Positions 15,001 through 29,897 of a stretch of DNA of 64,000 nt are shown here, in pieces. The notes under the pieces were generated by a model. It did not search any database. It was not told the origin of the DNA and saw nothing but the letters and a program-made list of their open reading frames with translations. Origin of the DNA: Daphnia carinata. Its lineage: Eukaryota. The position numbers and the translations under genes are program-made. How positions within the stretch are numbered: position 1 is the first letter of the stretch; every line of letters starts with the position of its first letter. Location: positions 8,866,001-8,930,000 of the forward strand of contig NC_081333.1 in assembly GCF_022539665.2 (NCBI RefSeq), read 5' to 3'.

Positions 15001-15332
15001 TTGCACTTTCTTGCATGTGGAACACATAGGATTTTTTCCTGAAACTTGAAGTGTTACGTCTTTACCGTAATTCCGTGCAAATTTTCAGAGAAATCTATGC
15101 GTTTGGCAACTGGATACGTGAACGTCGACATATTGCTTAAACCGATAGAAGCGTTACTTAGTTTGGATTTATTATAAGAACGAAACAAGGACAAACAGCT
15201 TTGTGTAAGTGTTAGATGCCAAGGAAAACTATTTCGATTTCGAACCGAGAGAGATCGACTGCTGTTGATAAGGAGTGCTCTACCACGACTACCGCCAAAA
15301 AGGAATCTCCACGGAAGTTTAATACTAATCAT
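12090..15332 (-). CDS. PREP: Prolyl endopeptidase (prolyl oligopeptidase, S9A), multi-exon
   Basis: Exon ORFs give [35 protein letters not shown], catalytic GASNGGLL (Ser), [14 protein letters not shown] (Asp) and [11 protein letters not shown] (His). Stop at 12090. The canonical-looking start MSTFTYP is at 15131; an upstream in-frame ATG is at 15332. Confidence 0.96.
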
Positions 15333-16830
15333 AATTACAGAGAAAACTAGGAAAAATTTTGTACAAGGTTAACTAGTTTTTATGAAAACTGAAATAGTGT
15401 AAGAGTTTTATTTTGGTCTGAAAATTTTAGCGGTACTTTTTCAAAATCTGGCAGCGTTGATTCTTCTGTCAAACTTTTTGGTGGGATATTTAACTTCTGT
15501 CTGGAATTTAAAACCAAATAAGCTTTAGGGAGTACGCATCATGCAGTACTCGTAGACGACATAATAATAGCGTTTTCATTTTTGTTTTCAATGCGCAGAT
15601 GATGCAGCCGCTAGACCTCCTTAAAACTGTTGTTGAAAAACACAAAAATTATCAGTCAAAGGATGGCGAAGGTGAAGTTCAGTTGGTTTATTTGTTAATA
15701 AAAAAGGCTGCTCGAGTTTGACAATTCCTTATCACCATAACGCTCTACGACTTGGTTATGGGCAAACTAATTCACAGGGCAGTTCGAAAATGTTGTTCGT
15801 TGTATCGTTCTAATAGATATACTTTTTCATTTGCAAGAACATGGTCACACTTTGTGCCATAATGCTATGCAATTCTTGTTATCCTTATCGCTTTTTGGAT
15901 TCTAATTACTGGTTGTCGGCGATGTCCTCGCAAAAGCCTCTTATTAGTATGGAAGCGGATGCACGAACGGCATTCTTCTCTGCAACAGGACATTTTCAGA
16001 ACAAAAACTTTCCTGCAATTTTCTGCTTAATGCTTTTAATCGCTCACGAATTCAGGGACTCCCGATAGACTGTGTGCGATTTCTCGGGAAAAGATTCAAC
16101 TTTTCTAAGCGTTTGTACACTTTATTTTAAAAATATCGTCGACATTGGCGGCTGGAAGTATGTAAATACAATATAAGTTGAAACCAGAAAAAAAACAGTA
16201 AGAGGGGAGGGAGACTCATCAAAAGAAATTTCATGAAAAGGCTTTGGGGTCCACTGAGACGCCCGTGCTTACTGCGAACTTAAAAATTTCCCGCACTCTT
16301 GATCGGCGCCTTCTTCTCTGTGTAAAATGAGAAAAATGACTCGGCAAGTTATGCTCGTGAAAAAGAAAATCTTTACGTTAGTCACAGTGTATTTGCACGC
16401 AGCTGATTGTCATTACGACAATGTTCAAGGCGAGTGAATTATAATTCTCGAAACAAAATTTTGGTTTTATAGATATGCAAGTAAAGTACAAAAAAAAAAT
16501 TCAACAATTAAAAAAAAAGGTAACGCCCACCGGCATTCATTCAATGTGATTACTCTTTTTTTTCCCCCCGCCAACTTTATGGGACACTTTACATCGATGA
16601 AATAATCCAGAAACCGCATTAAGAAGTCAGTCCTCAAAGAAAAGCCCGTTTGAATGGACGAATTACCGATTAATTCGTTGTCTTCAAGTTAACCCTTTTC
16701 ACCAACTAAAATATTTTTGACAGAAACGCGCGATAATAAAAAATTAAGCATCAACATTTTTTTGGAAAATTTCAAAGCTGTTCCTGTATAAAAATTGCAA
16801 TGGCTGATTTTGTTGTTAATGCAATTGGAG

Positions 16831-19800
16831 CTATTGGAAGTTGGATCGATGCTTATTATTGCCGAAATGATTGTCAATAGTCGGCGGTGCGCCGTAGTGT
16901 TGGTGGTAGAGAGAACTCTCTGACTGCGATCGGTGACGTAAACGCACGCATAAGATGCACAAAATAATACTCAGGACGGTGCAGATCAAGACAGATAATC
17001 CTATAAATCCCAAGAAAATTTTCAATCATTTTCGTTCCAAAAATTGTAGTGGAACAAAAGAATTGATCCCTTACCGATAAGAGCACCAATGGCTACTGGT
17101 TTGAGGCAAATGTGATCCGTGTCAGAAACGCTTGAGCTCTTTTTCTTATCAGCAACAAACTCGTTAGATAATTCACCAGCTGCAGTCTCATCATCGGCGA
17201 TGACTTGCAGGGCCTGGAACAAGCTCAGATTCTCGGACAGGGTCGTGTTTTCCTTAGCGCTTCTCGCCACACGAGGGACGTCACGTTTGGTTAACTCGCG
17301 GCTATTCCTCCAGTAACACGGCTGAGTCTAAGTTTCCCCGAGTAAAATGAAATCGTAAAGAACACGCAATTGTGTGCAGCGTAAATGATAATGGGATGTT
17401 ACCGGACAATGTCCGTGACACATGCGAATGTCGCACTCGAGGTACAGAGCCGGGCTGCCAGTGAACCGGAAAGCTTTCATGTAAGCAAAGACTTGCGTTT
17501 CGTAGAGTCCCGCATCCGTCCACGTCCCCCGGAATCGGCTGATCAATTTCTCGTTGATCGGGCATCTAAATTTAAATCGATTTTGTAATTCTCGATTCTA
17601 TTCGCAATTAAAAATCTGAGAACTTACCCGTTCTCGTCAATCAACTGGATCTTTTTAGTAGCGCCATTATGAGCAAAGCAGTTGCTGACAATGACATCGA
17701 ATCCATCTAATTGAAAATAATGTATTGTAATTGCACTTGAACCATTTTGATTGAATTTACTTGCTTACCAAATTGACTACGCATGTAGACGACCAATGTC
17801 AACGGGTCGCCGACTCGAACTGGTCCGGAAACGCGAGCCCCTGTGGTTCCGTACCCTGATCGGATCTCCATGTGGCATTCTGGTGGGGTGAGCGTGAACG
17901 TCAACGGATTGCCGGTCGCCACCCTGCTCGAAATTTTTGTTTCATTTTTACAATAGGCAAATTTCAATTAGCGTTTCAAATCGAAATAGTCGACTTACCC
18001 CACGTCTAAAAAAGGAAACGTAACCGTCTTCCAATAATCGTAGCCGTATTCACAAGTCATTTTGTAGTGTTCGTCCCATTCTTCTTCGATAAGCGCGCTG
18101 TACTGGATGCTGAGAGTGTTCCACATGAAGTTTTTCTATTGTTTTCAATACGACAATGATTAGAAAAAACGAACGCCAAATCGAACGACTCATTAGAAAC
18201 GCTGTCATTCCAATTTCAAGGATGGTCGAGTTTGAATTTCGTCCTAAAATAACCGGCACATGAACTTTCGATATCGGGACAATGAACCCTCGCGTTTTCA
18301 GATCGTTTTCTGCAGTGACAATCATGGTATCCTTTGCTATCGTCGTTTCAAGATCAGCAGAAAGGCTTGACGGAGAGTGGAAATGAATCACACAATAGGG
18401 CCGTCTCATGTATACACCGGTCGGCATTCAATTCTGAATGGCGACAACAAAATAAAGCGGAGCGGGAAAAAAAAAAAGAAAATCGAGTCACGCAGCCAGT
18501 GTGAGGTTCTTAAACTCTGGATCCCTCTTTGCTGGCTTATCGGACTCGATGCTTGTCCTGCCTGTCATCTCTCTGCTGCGATCTACCCGCGTGCGCCCCC
18601 GTAACGGTCCCTCGACGGCCAACAACCCCCAAGTCTTCTATTGTCCTAGCGATACTGTAAAGAAGAGAGCTATACATGCAGCTCTGACATTGCGTCACGC
18701 CAAGTTGCCCTTCAATGCAAAACTTATCCCTTTTATTCCCGTTTTTTTTTTCTTCTTCCTTCGGTCTTTATGCGCTTAAAACTTGACTAAAACGTCCAAC
18801 GATACCGAGAGCACACACATCAGTCAACTTCAGTCGAAGAGAACTGAACAAAAGACGGTGGTAGTTGCACGAAGATGACGAAACTTACCGTCGGTTGTTT
18901 TCGGCTGTCCAGGTTATGTGTGTTACCACCTAGCGTACCGCAACGGTTCAGTTGGATATAGAATTCGTAGTAGTCACGCCCAGTCCCGTTGACGTAGACA
19001 CACAGGGGATCGTACGCGAACCCTAGTTTTTCGTTTATGGAAAAGGCACAGCAATAAGTAGAGGGGGAAAGAATTAATTAAAAATTGTGTTGTTGTTGTC
19101 AGTTGAAAATATTCATTGAGTTGAAAGTACCGGTGGAGTAAATGATGCCACTGAAAGAGCCGTTAAAACGCAATCTGATTTTCATGTAATCATTCTGACA
19201 CTCAGCTTCAATGTCTTTAAACAGAAATTCAGTTACTGAGCTCTTTATTTTTGCTAAGAAATGTAAGGTGTTTACTTAAAACTCGTGTCATGTTGAAGCG
19301 CTGATTAGCTGCTTTTTCCTTCTCCCATCGGTTGGGCTTGTTCCAGCTGATATCGGGTGTAGGCACTTCACCATCCGGAGAAGGGATCGGTCTCTGCGGG
19401 AAACTCGGGAAAACTCCTTGATCCGTTGTGGTAGGTCGAGGAGGAAGCCCAAAGGGTCGTGCATTGTATGGCCGTCCGAAAATTGAACCGACAGACGTCT
19501 CAGTCTTCATAGCAAAATGTTAATCCATTAACCCTTTATTTCCATTACGAATGAAACAAAAACGTACGTGGTCGGGGAAATTGCTAAATGAAGGTCTACC
19601 GACGGGATGCTTGAGCTTTGCGTATAGCACTTCGTGATCTCCTTCATTTGGATCTGTTCTTCTGTGATGGATATCTAAGTTGGTCGACGACGTGTTTAAA
19701 TCTTCGTCCTCTTGTTTTACTTCTACGAGCTCAGACTTTGAAAAAGATAAATGACGAGAGTGTCAAAAATAGGCAAAGGAATTGAAAACAATTTTGAAAA

Positions 19801-20331
19801 ACAGAAACGAGAGCTCACCGGAGACGCATCGACAATGTCGGCAGCTTCACCTGTCCGTGCCACTAAACTTTGATTTACGCTGGCAATAGTAGAAGCTAAT
19901 TCAGTTTGGTATGCGGGAGCCGATGTCGACGTGAACAGGCCGCTTTCCGTGCTAGAGAATCGCTCTTCCGTCACGGATTCTTCCGTTTCGCTCGTCTTAT
20001 CCGTCTCATCTGTGGCGTGTTCAGTCGCTTCTAGTTCACTTTCCGTCTCTTGTTCTTCAATCAAATCGATTGGTGTTTCCAGCGCGCGAGCCGTGATGAT
20101 AAAGCGCGGTCTGCTGTCTTCTTGATTCGCATAGATGGAATGCACTGCCGCGATGGGCGATAAGTCCTCGGAGTGGTCATCCATTTCCAACGGCAACACA
20201 ACTGCCTATAAATTAGGTAACAACAGGACGCGAGGTGATGGAACAGTTAAATACGAGTGTAGTTTCCAGCATTTTACCATTAATGCCAAAAAGACAGTGA
20301 TCCAGACGCATTTGTTGTCGATGGCACCCAT
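16831..20331 (-). CDS. Zona pellucida (ZP) domain transmembrane protein (arthropod dusky/cypher-type apical ECM protein)
   Basis: Signal-peptide exon MGAIDNKCVWITVFLALM (20331-20278), then a Glu/Thr/Ser-rich spacer. ZP-N: IEAECQNDYMKIRLRFNGSFSGIIYS...CVYVNGTG...CEYGYDYWK. ZP-C: PPECHMEIR...VRVGDPLTLVV...IQLIDENGCP...AFRFTGSPALYLECDIRMCHGHCP. Basic furin-like site (KRD..RVARS), TM helix FLGFIGLSVLICTVLSIILCILCV, short tail, stop at 16831. Resemblance to Drosophila cypher is from memory only. Confidence 0.9.
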
Positions 20332-21295
20332 CTTCCTTCCTGCCGTCGACTTCTGTAAAGAGTCAATGTCAACACCAAATTGCAAAAGTCAGTTATACAA
20401 AGCTAAAGAAGTAAAAGGAAAATTGAAAGCAAATGGCGGCTAGGGAAGAAAACTTGCTTATCACTGTTCGCTTATTGTTCTTTCAGGTGTATTGTACAGG
20501 GTATGCGTATATGTATGGTGTAATACGCCGGACACGCTGTAGGTTCTTTGTTCACGGCCAGAACTGGGAAACAAGTCTGGAGATTCTAGATTCTATTTTT
20601 CTATTTGTAAGGACGAATAGAACCCCAAAAAGCTTCCATGAGAGAAAGGGGAACGATGAAGTCCAGTAGGAAATTTTATTCGACAAAGAGTTAAAAAAAA
20701 AGAATAAAGACTCTTTAAAAACTTTTTATTTATTTTCTTTAGAGACGTAGCACCATCAACTTCCTGTACCTTTTACTTTCGTGCCTTATTAGTTCAATTC
20801 AGACAAATCGTAGCCATTTCTTTGACCTTTGCTTCACTTTCTTTTCTTGTCATTCCACCCTGTCATCATCGTCTTTTCAAAGATTTCATTCTTCTTCTAT
20901 TTTCAAGTACGAGCCTACTATTTACCTGTTGAGCGATGACCTGTAAGGTCGTTAATGTCCCTGTTTAGCAAGCAACAGACAAACGCCAACGTCCGTACAC
21001 GGGATCTATTCAACGGGGGAAAGCTTTTCTGCTTCCTGGCCTTAAAATCACTTTCGTTTTTTACTTGATGTTATTTAGTTCTCCTTTCGTAGAGTTATTT
21101 AGTTTCTAGATAGTAGCTCCATAAAGTTAAAGGTCATTTCGTCGATACATAGTCGTTGAAATCGAACAATTGGAACTTTTTCCAGCCTGTGAACGACATG
21201 CTAAGGGACTGGGGTCGCTAACAAACTAATAATCCGCGGTTTACTAACATCTCTCGATTTGTTTTGCTAGGAAAAATGGATATCGAAAATTATTT

Positions 21296-21530
21296 ACTTA
21301 CGTAGATTGGAGTTTAATTCGGAATTGGAAATGACTAATGGTGGAGCAGATCCTTCACGTTTGGCTCAGATGTCGACGTGATTTGAGAGATGCGGTGCGC
21401 TAGACGTTTCACTGTCTTTCAATTTTGAAGAAGCACAACCTTGAGTTAGGAAGAGTCTGTTCACTTTGCTTGTCACTACTCTGTCCAACTCAAAAGTAAA
21501 TTTTTCAGCCATCCTACCTCAGCTTTTATA
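21296..21530 (-). promoter_or_regulatory. Putative TATA core promoter and non-coding first exon of the 16.8-20.3 kb ZP gene
   Basis: On the minus strand: TATAAAAG at ~21529-21522, an Inr-like TGAGTT ~30 nt downstream (~21491), and a strong GTAAGTA donor at ~21301. Confidence 0.5.
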
Positions 21531-24500
21531 GAGATTGTCGTGAGCGCGCGCGCTCGCTTCGCCCCCGCTACGCTCCCGTACCTCAACCCGGTCGTTTGCA
21601 CGGGCAAACGACATCCATACCCGGAGCGACTCCGCCCCATAAAACCTTTTTTTCTTTACTCCAGTCAGAAACAGCAACACACCTGCCAACCTTCTTGTTC
21701 GATGACTCTCCTGTCCAGCCAATAACAACCTTTTCAATCCCGTAGCTTTCAAAAAAATAAAATTCGAATTACTTTTTACATTATACGAGTCGACTTGAAA
21801 TTTCGAATAAGAATATGGGGATGAGTCTATCGAATAATAGTAACTTATAAATAATCCTCGTACATCGAACAGGGATTAATTTAAGATTCATGTTGAATTT
21901 TCAGTGGTGACATTTGTTTGTCGATTTCCCGGATGTTGCTCGCCATAGGATTAGATGACGTCTTTTTTTTTATTTTCTCAAGGGTATATAGTGTATACCC
22001 TATAGCGAAGGATATAATATGCTTCCTAGAGCGCAGAAGAGTACGATGCACTATTGGGTGATATCACCAAAGACCTGAAGTTCACTATCGACATAGACGG
22101 AAGCTAATAATCCGGGTGATTCGGAATCTTTTGAAATCCAAGTAAAAATCTTTTGCAAAAACATGAATGGTAGTGATGGTCAAGCATGGTGGGCCAGCGT
22201 CTAATGTTTGTAATTTCACACGAATTTGTCACGGCGGCAGCAACTGATCGATTTGCCTCCACCAATTGATGATTTCCTTTTCGTCTTTATTTGACCGCCA
22301 CCGCGACGGGTTGCGCGGTGCCGGCCAAGGCCGTCGGATATCCAAGTCCATTGTCTTTTCACCAAAAGATGATGAAGCATCATCGAATTTTTGTTGTTTT
22401 TTTTCCGGAAAAAAAAACTGACGTGAGAAACTGCAAGGGGAAATTCTTATCACGAACTTCGCTAGACAAGTGGACCCAGTTAATAATTTTTCCTTTTTCA
22501 TTATTTTGATCGGCATCTTCAAGATGCAAAGAATAGAAAAATGAAACAAATTTCAAGTCCGAGACAAATTTCGAAACAGTTTTTTGTTGTCAATGTATTC
22601 CCCGAATACAAATGGGGAGGGTCACCTAAGTTCCGTCCCTTTCCCCCGTCTCCAACAAAACCGAAAGGGAAAGACCATTAGTCGTCAAAGATTGCTCTTT
22701 CTGGGCATTGTATATCTAGGTGTCTAGAAAAAAAATGGGGAAAGGGTCTGATATAATATTTGCCCCCTACCTCTTACGTGAAATCACGTAACAAAAATAT
22801 ACGCCCCCCTTCTTTTTTGTTCTATTATTTTTGCCGCAGTTCATCGCGAACTGCAGCCGAACATAGAGACAGTAGCTTAAGTTTTCCCACGTCTACACTG
22901 CCATTCGACATTCGCCCGAGAATCGCCATTGAGACGCAAGAGAAAGAAAAACATCATAAGGAAGACCATCTTTCTCGGATCGTGATGCATCCAACAAGTA
23001 TAGTTCCTCTTTTTTTTCTTTTATGAAGAATGTCATGTACAAAAACGTATTCAAGTCAACACGCAGGATGACTATTGTAGAAAGCTGTGTTATTTCTAAC
23101 GCTCAGTCACGATCGAATTCGAAAACGTTTACAGCGTTTAGAGCCACTGCTGGGTTTATCTGCAGTGACTATGGTGAAATAGAAACGAAAAGTTCCCCGT
23201 GTTGAGGTGTTCCTAGTTAAGACTAACTTTAACGTTCTTTGCTCGCGTCCTTGCCCTTCGTTGTAATCAGAAAACCAGCACTCTGCGTATAAATGCTTCC
23301 ATAATTCCATGTGTTTTTCGCATGTCTAAAGTAACCGGACGCTCTAATTAGATGGTCTTTCGGTTAGACGTTAATTTTTTGAAACATTTTCTGTAATCAA
23401 ATTGTTCACTCGAATGATTTGCTCCCTTTCTTTTCAATGATTGAATAGATCACTTTGAATACCGCTGCATGCGTGGGCGTATTAATGCTCGCTGTTGACG
23501 TAGACTATCGCCGTAATTTTTGCGTACCACCGAAAAGTACCGATGTTTTTTCGTCTCTTGACCCCACTAGCAAAGCACGCAGATCCGGGCAGTCGACTCC
23601 CAATAATGGGTGAGACGGGAACTGATGACGGGCTTCTGTTGATAACAATGACCAGTTTCTTTGAATTGTATACAGACGTGTATATAGTTTTGTGTCATTG
23701 TTCAGCTGTCGTTGTTCTTCTTCCTGGCTTTTTTTTTCGATCCCGCTATATTTTGCTTCAATTCCAACTGTTTTTTTTCTCTACTTGAAACTTGAATTTC
23801 TTCATTTCCCGAACTGCTGAGAGAATTCACCCTCCCTTTCTCTTTTATGATTCACTCTCGCTGACAGGGGTCGTCCGGGGTCTCACGACGACAACCAGAA
23901 ATTCAAACAAAAGAGTCAGACCATCTAGATCTAAATACAATAATAAAATGTATATCGTGGGCTTTTTTCTGGTTGGTTATTGTTCTTGGGAAATTAGGCT
24001 TCGAAAATTCTATGAGTTTAAACCACTGTGTTTAAACTAGACTGAACTAAAAGTGAAACTGATGGTAAGGCTTTTGCTTCAACTTCAACCATTTGCTGTT
24101 TTCCATCTTCGTCGTAGACTGTAATCCTCTTACTTTAAACCGAATCGAGAAACCGAGGCAAGAATAGGACACGGAAGAATGAAAACAGAAGAACAGTCGA
24201 AGAATCTCAATACAATAACAGGTACTTTTTCAGATACATGATGCAAGTGCAGGTGCTTCCTCGTTGATGGAACACCAGTCAACAACAACGAGCAACAAAC
24301 AACAATAGGGCTAGAAGAATTATTGAAAAGGCTTAAGACATAACCTTCTGTCTACATCAGGACTTGGAAGTAATAGCCGTGATGGCGGCATGCAGAAGCA
24401 GGAAATGAATCTTAACCGGCCGAAAACGGTGAGCTGCTTGACGGGTGAGTGAACAAATAACCGCGGTCGTCACAAGCTACAAAAGAAAGTGGATTCCAAC

Positions 24501-27500
24501 GTCCGCTGCTATGCGGACTCTCACAGCGCTGTATCTAATGTGTAACATCATCCGCTATGGAAATTCAAATGGCTTGCACGCTATCCGTAACGGACCGCAC
24601 ACAACCCGATGAATTGAAGCGCACCTAATAATAAAAAAAAAACGAAATGAATGCAAATTTTTTTTTTCAAAAATTCAAGTACAACGACTGGTCATTGACA
24701 ACAGCCGATGCATTCGTCATCTCAGCAAATCGCAGAAGGGATTCACCGTGATCTTCGTGAGAAAACTTCCGTGTCCTTCGAGCAACGGAGAAAAACGTAA
24801 TGTTTGCTCAAGAAGGTGAAAAGAATCACATGATCACGAATATGGTTCATGGGATTCAAAAGCAACAGCCTATGCCATGTAGCTGGATAGATTTATGAAG
24901 AAAGAAAAAATGGCTGTCACGCATCCGTAAATAGAGCTCATCCTTTGGGGGGGATTGATGGCTGAGGCCGGCCAATGAACTTGGCCTGCATAATTCCGGT
25001 TGAATTGATCCCTATGGTGATGGCAATAGACCCACTCTTTATGTGCACAATGTTTATTTACACTTTTCTTGTATAAATTAAAGAAAACAAAAGGGCTGAA
25101 AATCGCGAGATGACATTGCCGAGAGAAAGCAACGTACTTCACGCCATACGGTTCAGCAGTAATGGCGGATATGTTCATTATTTCAATCAGCCAATGTTGG
25201 AAATATTTTCAATACATAACAAGCCTGTCGTCATATCAAGTGCGTTCTCAACTGGAACCGGCAAAAGAATCTCTTTTTCCTCTTCAACGTTCAGACGTAT
25301 GCAACAAAAGATCAACAGTTAAGCACACGAATATTGTGCATGGTAAAACCAACAGGAATTTCATTCTTCTTTAGACATTGTCGCCTCTCAAAACATTCTC
25401 CCGACTCGCCAAACGTTTTTCCTTATATTTTTTTTCATCTTTCCACACAGCTCTTGATTATTTCTTTAACGTCCAAATAAGCAACATTATTGCTCTACTA
25501 TGAGCACCTTCTCGATGTTTGAATGAGAGATTGGGACGGCCAGATTACGGGATTTAAAAAAAATAGAAACATAAATATTTCTGTGGTTCTATATATCACG
25601 AGAAAAAGCCGGACTACATGACATTGCACGAGTCGTTACCGTTTATGTCATTTAGCTTGTTACCCTCGTATTCTATTTCATCAACTCGATTGTGACTGGT
25701 TGTTTGTGTTGAGGGCAGCCCACCGAATCGCGGTACCGTATTCAAAATCGCACAATATAGTAAAAGCGGCAGAGTGCAATCACCTCTCTATCCTCACCCA
25801 TCCAAGCCCTAAAATATCTGGGGGTGAAGGAGGAGAACGTCCGTGTTGATGTCAATCAAAATGGGTTTTTTTTTTTTTTTCACGACCTGATCCAGCGCTA
25901 TACAGAACCGCTTTCTTTAGCTTGGACCTTCTTCATCTCCTAGCCAAAGGTAAAGATTCTTGGGGCACTGGTTTGATCTTTCAGGTATAATAGTCAGTTT
26001 GATAGGCTATAGAGATACAAAAGAAACGCAGCCGTGCAGAAAGTGAAGCCCCCGCAGCAGCCTCCCTCCCCCACCTCCCCCCAAAAATGATATTTTCCTT
26101 CCCATTTATTTTTTTTTAATGTTTTCTCTGACTGCACAAGTACCGTTCGTAATGCCAACTGTATTCATACATTCGACCGCCTTAATGACATAAAAAAATG
26201 TGTTTAAGAAATGGCATGATTGTGTTTCGTAGTCAATGTCCTGTGTAAATAAACGAACAACGCGGAAGAAGTTTGTTTGTTTATCTCTGCGGGAGGCGAA
26301 CACGCTGCAACGGTGTTAGGAGATAAGGAAAAACGAAACGCATCCACCGTTAGAAGTTGTCGCCAAAAGTGTAAAAATCTTTCCCCAGCTCAGATCAACA
26401 ACTTCATCATCGAAACGTAGATTGACCAGAAAAAATAAAGAAGAGCTCGACATTCACAACGGTTAAAAGTGCACGATATGGCGTGGAATAAAAGGAACTA
26501 TCGTAGCAAGACGGTATGTCGATGACTTGCCAACTCTTGTAGAAAACAAAATCAAGCCTTTCGTCGTTCAGTATTTTTTTTTTATGATTTCTTTTAAATT
26601 TGAAGTGTCGTTTCTCTTCCGAAAACTAGAATATAATGGTATAGGGAATCATTTCTTGTCCTCATAGCTTTGTGTTTTGTCGCAAAAGATTGCGTTTAAT
26701 GGAATCGCGGAAGCATTCCGTCACGCCGATTTACCCCGCTTAAGTTTGGCTAATAATTTTGGATAGTCTTCGCCGTTGCAACGCTTTTCTCTCGGGAAAA
26801 ATCACTTCGTACTCGCTCAACCAGCCGTCAACACAAAGAGCTTGCTATAACGTCCTGCATATCCATTAAAGGTAAAATCTAAAAAAAATATCGATGTTGG
26901 CCAGCAGCTGCCGAACAATACCGGCACAATATGAAGGATCATCCTACTCATAATGTCCACCGCTAAAGAAACTAACAAATAACAGCCTTTATTTAGAATT
27001 CCAGTTATGTCTTGTGATGCGTTTTTTAGTCTAAGGGAAACGAAACGGTTTCAACACCTGATAGCACATCTATTGAGTTGAACACATTAGGCATGTTGAC
27101 GTCGGCTATCGTTTAGATTTTCGGCGGTTTCATCACCTGAACCCGTTAATTCTATTTTTTGTAGTTACCGACTTGCTATCATCGTCCTTGATGATGATGC
27201 TGAAATCATTGATGTGCATAATAAATTATCCCGTTCGGCAGCGCTTTAGCTTTTCATCTGAAATACCAAAGGATTCATGTGGATAAACATACGGGGTACG
27301 AATTAAGCCTTGCGGGCCTAATCTTTTGTCTGAATTACTAGGCAAAAAAAAAAAAAATTGGTCGGCGAAATGTCTGAAAATTCGGCGCCCGAAAGGATCA
27401 AATAAAATGTTATACTGTGAGCATTCATTCTAGGAAACTAGCTTTTAATTTGTGCACGGCTCAGATGAATAAAAAAAACTGGGTGAATTGTTCAGAGTTT

Positions 27501-29897
27501 GAGACCAAATTTTTTACGTAAATGTAACCACAAAATGCCGTGCAATGATTCGATTTTGTTTTCCGTTTTTTTTTTATCAATTTTTTCTTAAAGAGGCAGG
27601 CTTCGGGAAGTGAAAAGAGAAGCGTGTCTGATGACCAGATTGAAGAGAAGAGGAAAAAGAGTTGGTGCTCCTTTTTACATAAATGTCTATACATGTTTTG
27701 TTGTATTCCACTCCGACCTTGAAATGCTGAAATTACGTATTTAAGCGAAAAAAATGTATACATTCACACCCGTCAGTGTCCATTATTCGATTAGAATAAG
27801 AACGCCGTGCGAAGAACACAAGGTCGTTTTGTATAAAATATTTCATTATCTCGACCGGAGAGAAAAGGAAATGTACACAATAGCGACGCTTGACCAGAGG
27901 CTAGAACGTAACAGTCCTACTCTACCTACTGAACGATTTTTTTTTGTACCTTCTTCTTCTTTTCTTAGTCGATGGTACCATCTTTTCTTTTTTCTTTTTC
28001 CTTTATTTTTCTTGGATAAACCTACAGAGGACCCACCAGCGAGTTGAGTCGTCCTTGCTCATCCTCCATAACTTTGTTTTGTATTCAGCTATTTACATTT
28101 AATTTTCTAATTCATTTTCGACAAGAAAACGATTTGAATACGTAATATTATATTAATAATTTACAACTGGCAAATAATCGCAAACACATCGATTAAAACA
28201 TTAAGATAAAATTGGGAAGTTTTAAGGACCAAACATTAACCTTCTGTTTATTATGGATGCTTTAGATTTAAAGAAGAGTGGCAAAATGTTCAAATTGCGG
28301 AATAAAACCAACTTTAAACAAAGAAGAACGTGTTCCCAAAGAGTGAATAGAAATTAATGTTACGTCCTTGGAAGGAGTTCGGATAACAGCGAAGTAGTAT
28401 ATGCTCATCACGAGTTTACCTGGGTGTAACCAGAACAGAAGCAATTCTTTTCCGGACACCATCACGAAATCGGTTAATGACTCGTTTTTTTTTTTGTAAT
28501 TAACGAAACAATGCTTGAATTGCTGACAATCCGAACCCCAAAGAATAAATTGAATTAAAAAAAAAAAAAAAGCTTTTTGACTCCAAAAATAGCATTTAAA
28601 AAACCAAATGTTTAAAGCTTTTTACGAAATTGAACTGACATCGAAACGAATTCAGATTTCAACAAAAAAGGGCTTTGATAAAATAACCTCCAGCAAGGTC
28701 TACGCATTTTTATTTTCTTACCCTACCTTCCTAATTGGATTTGATTTGTGATATTTTCTCTTACCTTACCAAAGGTTTGTCACCCCACACACGTGTCATA
28801 TTCTTACTCTACCTCTCGCAAGTGACTTGGATTTGATCCGAGACACCTTCGGGTACCTTGCCAATAGTATGTCACCTCGCACAGTCTACACGTGTCAGCT
28901 GCCGAGAAAGGAGCTATTGTTTTAACATTACAGTTTGCCCAGTTTTGCAAAGGATTACTTCTTTTTTTGGGCAAGTGTGCTGTGAGCGAACGTCAGCCAG
29001 CGAGACGCCAACGCAATACGGGGAGGATCTCCCCGATTTCACCGCATTTACGGTATCAGTCACGAGGACTATCACATTAATTAAACGTGTTCGTTCCAGT
29101 GTATTTGGGTGGGGTAGTTGTACCAGCATTTGCGTTAGGTTTTTACCAACTATTGCATTAAGAAACGTCGTGAGGCAAGTTTCGATTTTTCCAGCCCAAT
29201 GTTAACCAAAGGTGATTGGTGAAATATGGATTGTTAGCGTTTTGTATTCAGTAGAGCTTTTTCCTTACGATTAGTAATTGCCGACAGTATTGATGAAATT
29301 TCAAATACGGATCTGGGGAAACCCAAGCAGTTAAAAAAGAAGACAGCGTAAGCCCACCATTCATTTCGACAAATTTTTAGACATTTTTCAGCTATTATCA
29401 TCGCAATTGGCGAACAGAATGTCGTGATGGCCTTCTTCTTTTCTTGTTAACGCAGTTTTTTTTTTAAATACCCACTCTACGATGACAAATCAAAAATTCA
29501 AGACCGTGTCCCTTTCCCTTTTTTCTCTCCTTCCCCCTAACATGTATTAGCCAAAACAGACAAAAGGACGATCAAGTATACCGCGAATCAAACATTCTGA
29601 AGGGGCGGAGAGAGGTGTTACAATAGAATGAAATAAAGACCACCACCTACGAATTTTTTGTTAGGAAAACATTTATACACAGAAAATCGTACAATGTCAT
29701 AAAAAAGACACCGTGTCTAAAATATATTTATAAGAAAAAAAAGGTCGTGACCAGAGCTGGTGTCCGGCATGGATGCAGAACAGGTACAAATAACTGATAA
29801 CTTAGTTGGATGGTCGTGTCGGGAAGTGGCCAAGTCAAAAGGCGGACGGCTTATTTGTTGTTTGTTTTGGACGGGCGGACGGTTTCAGTTACTCCAA

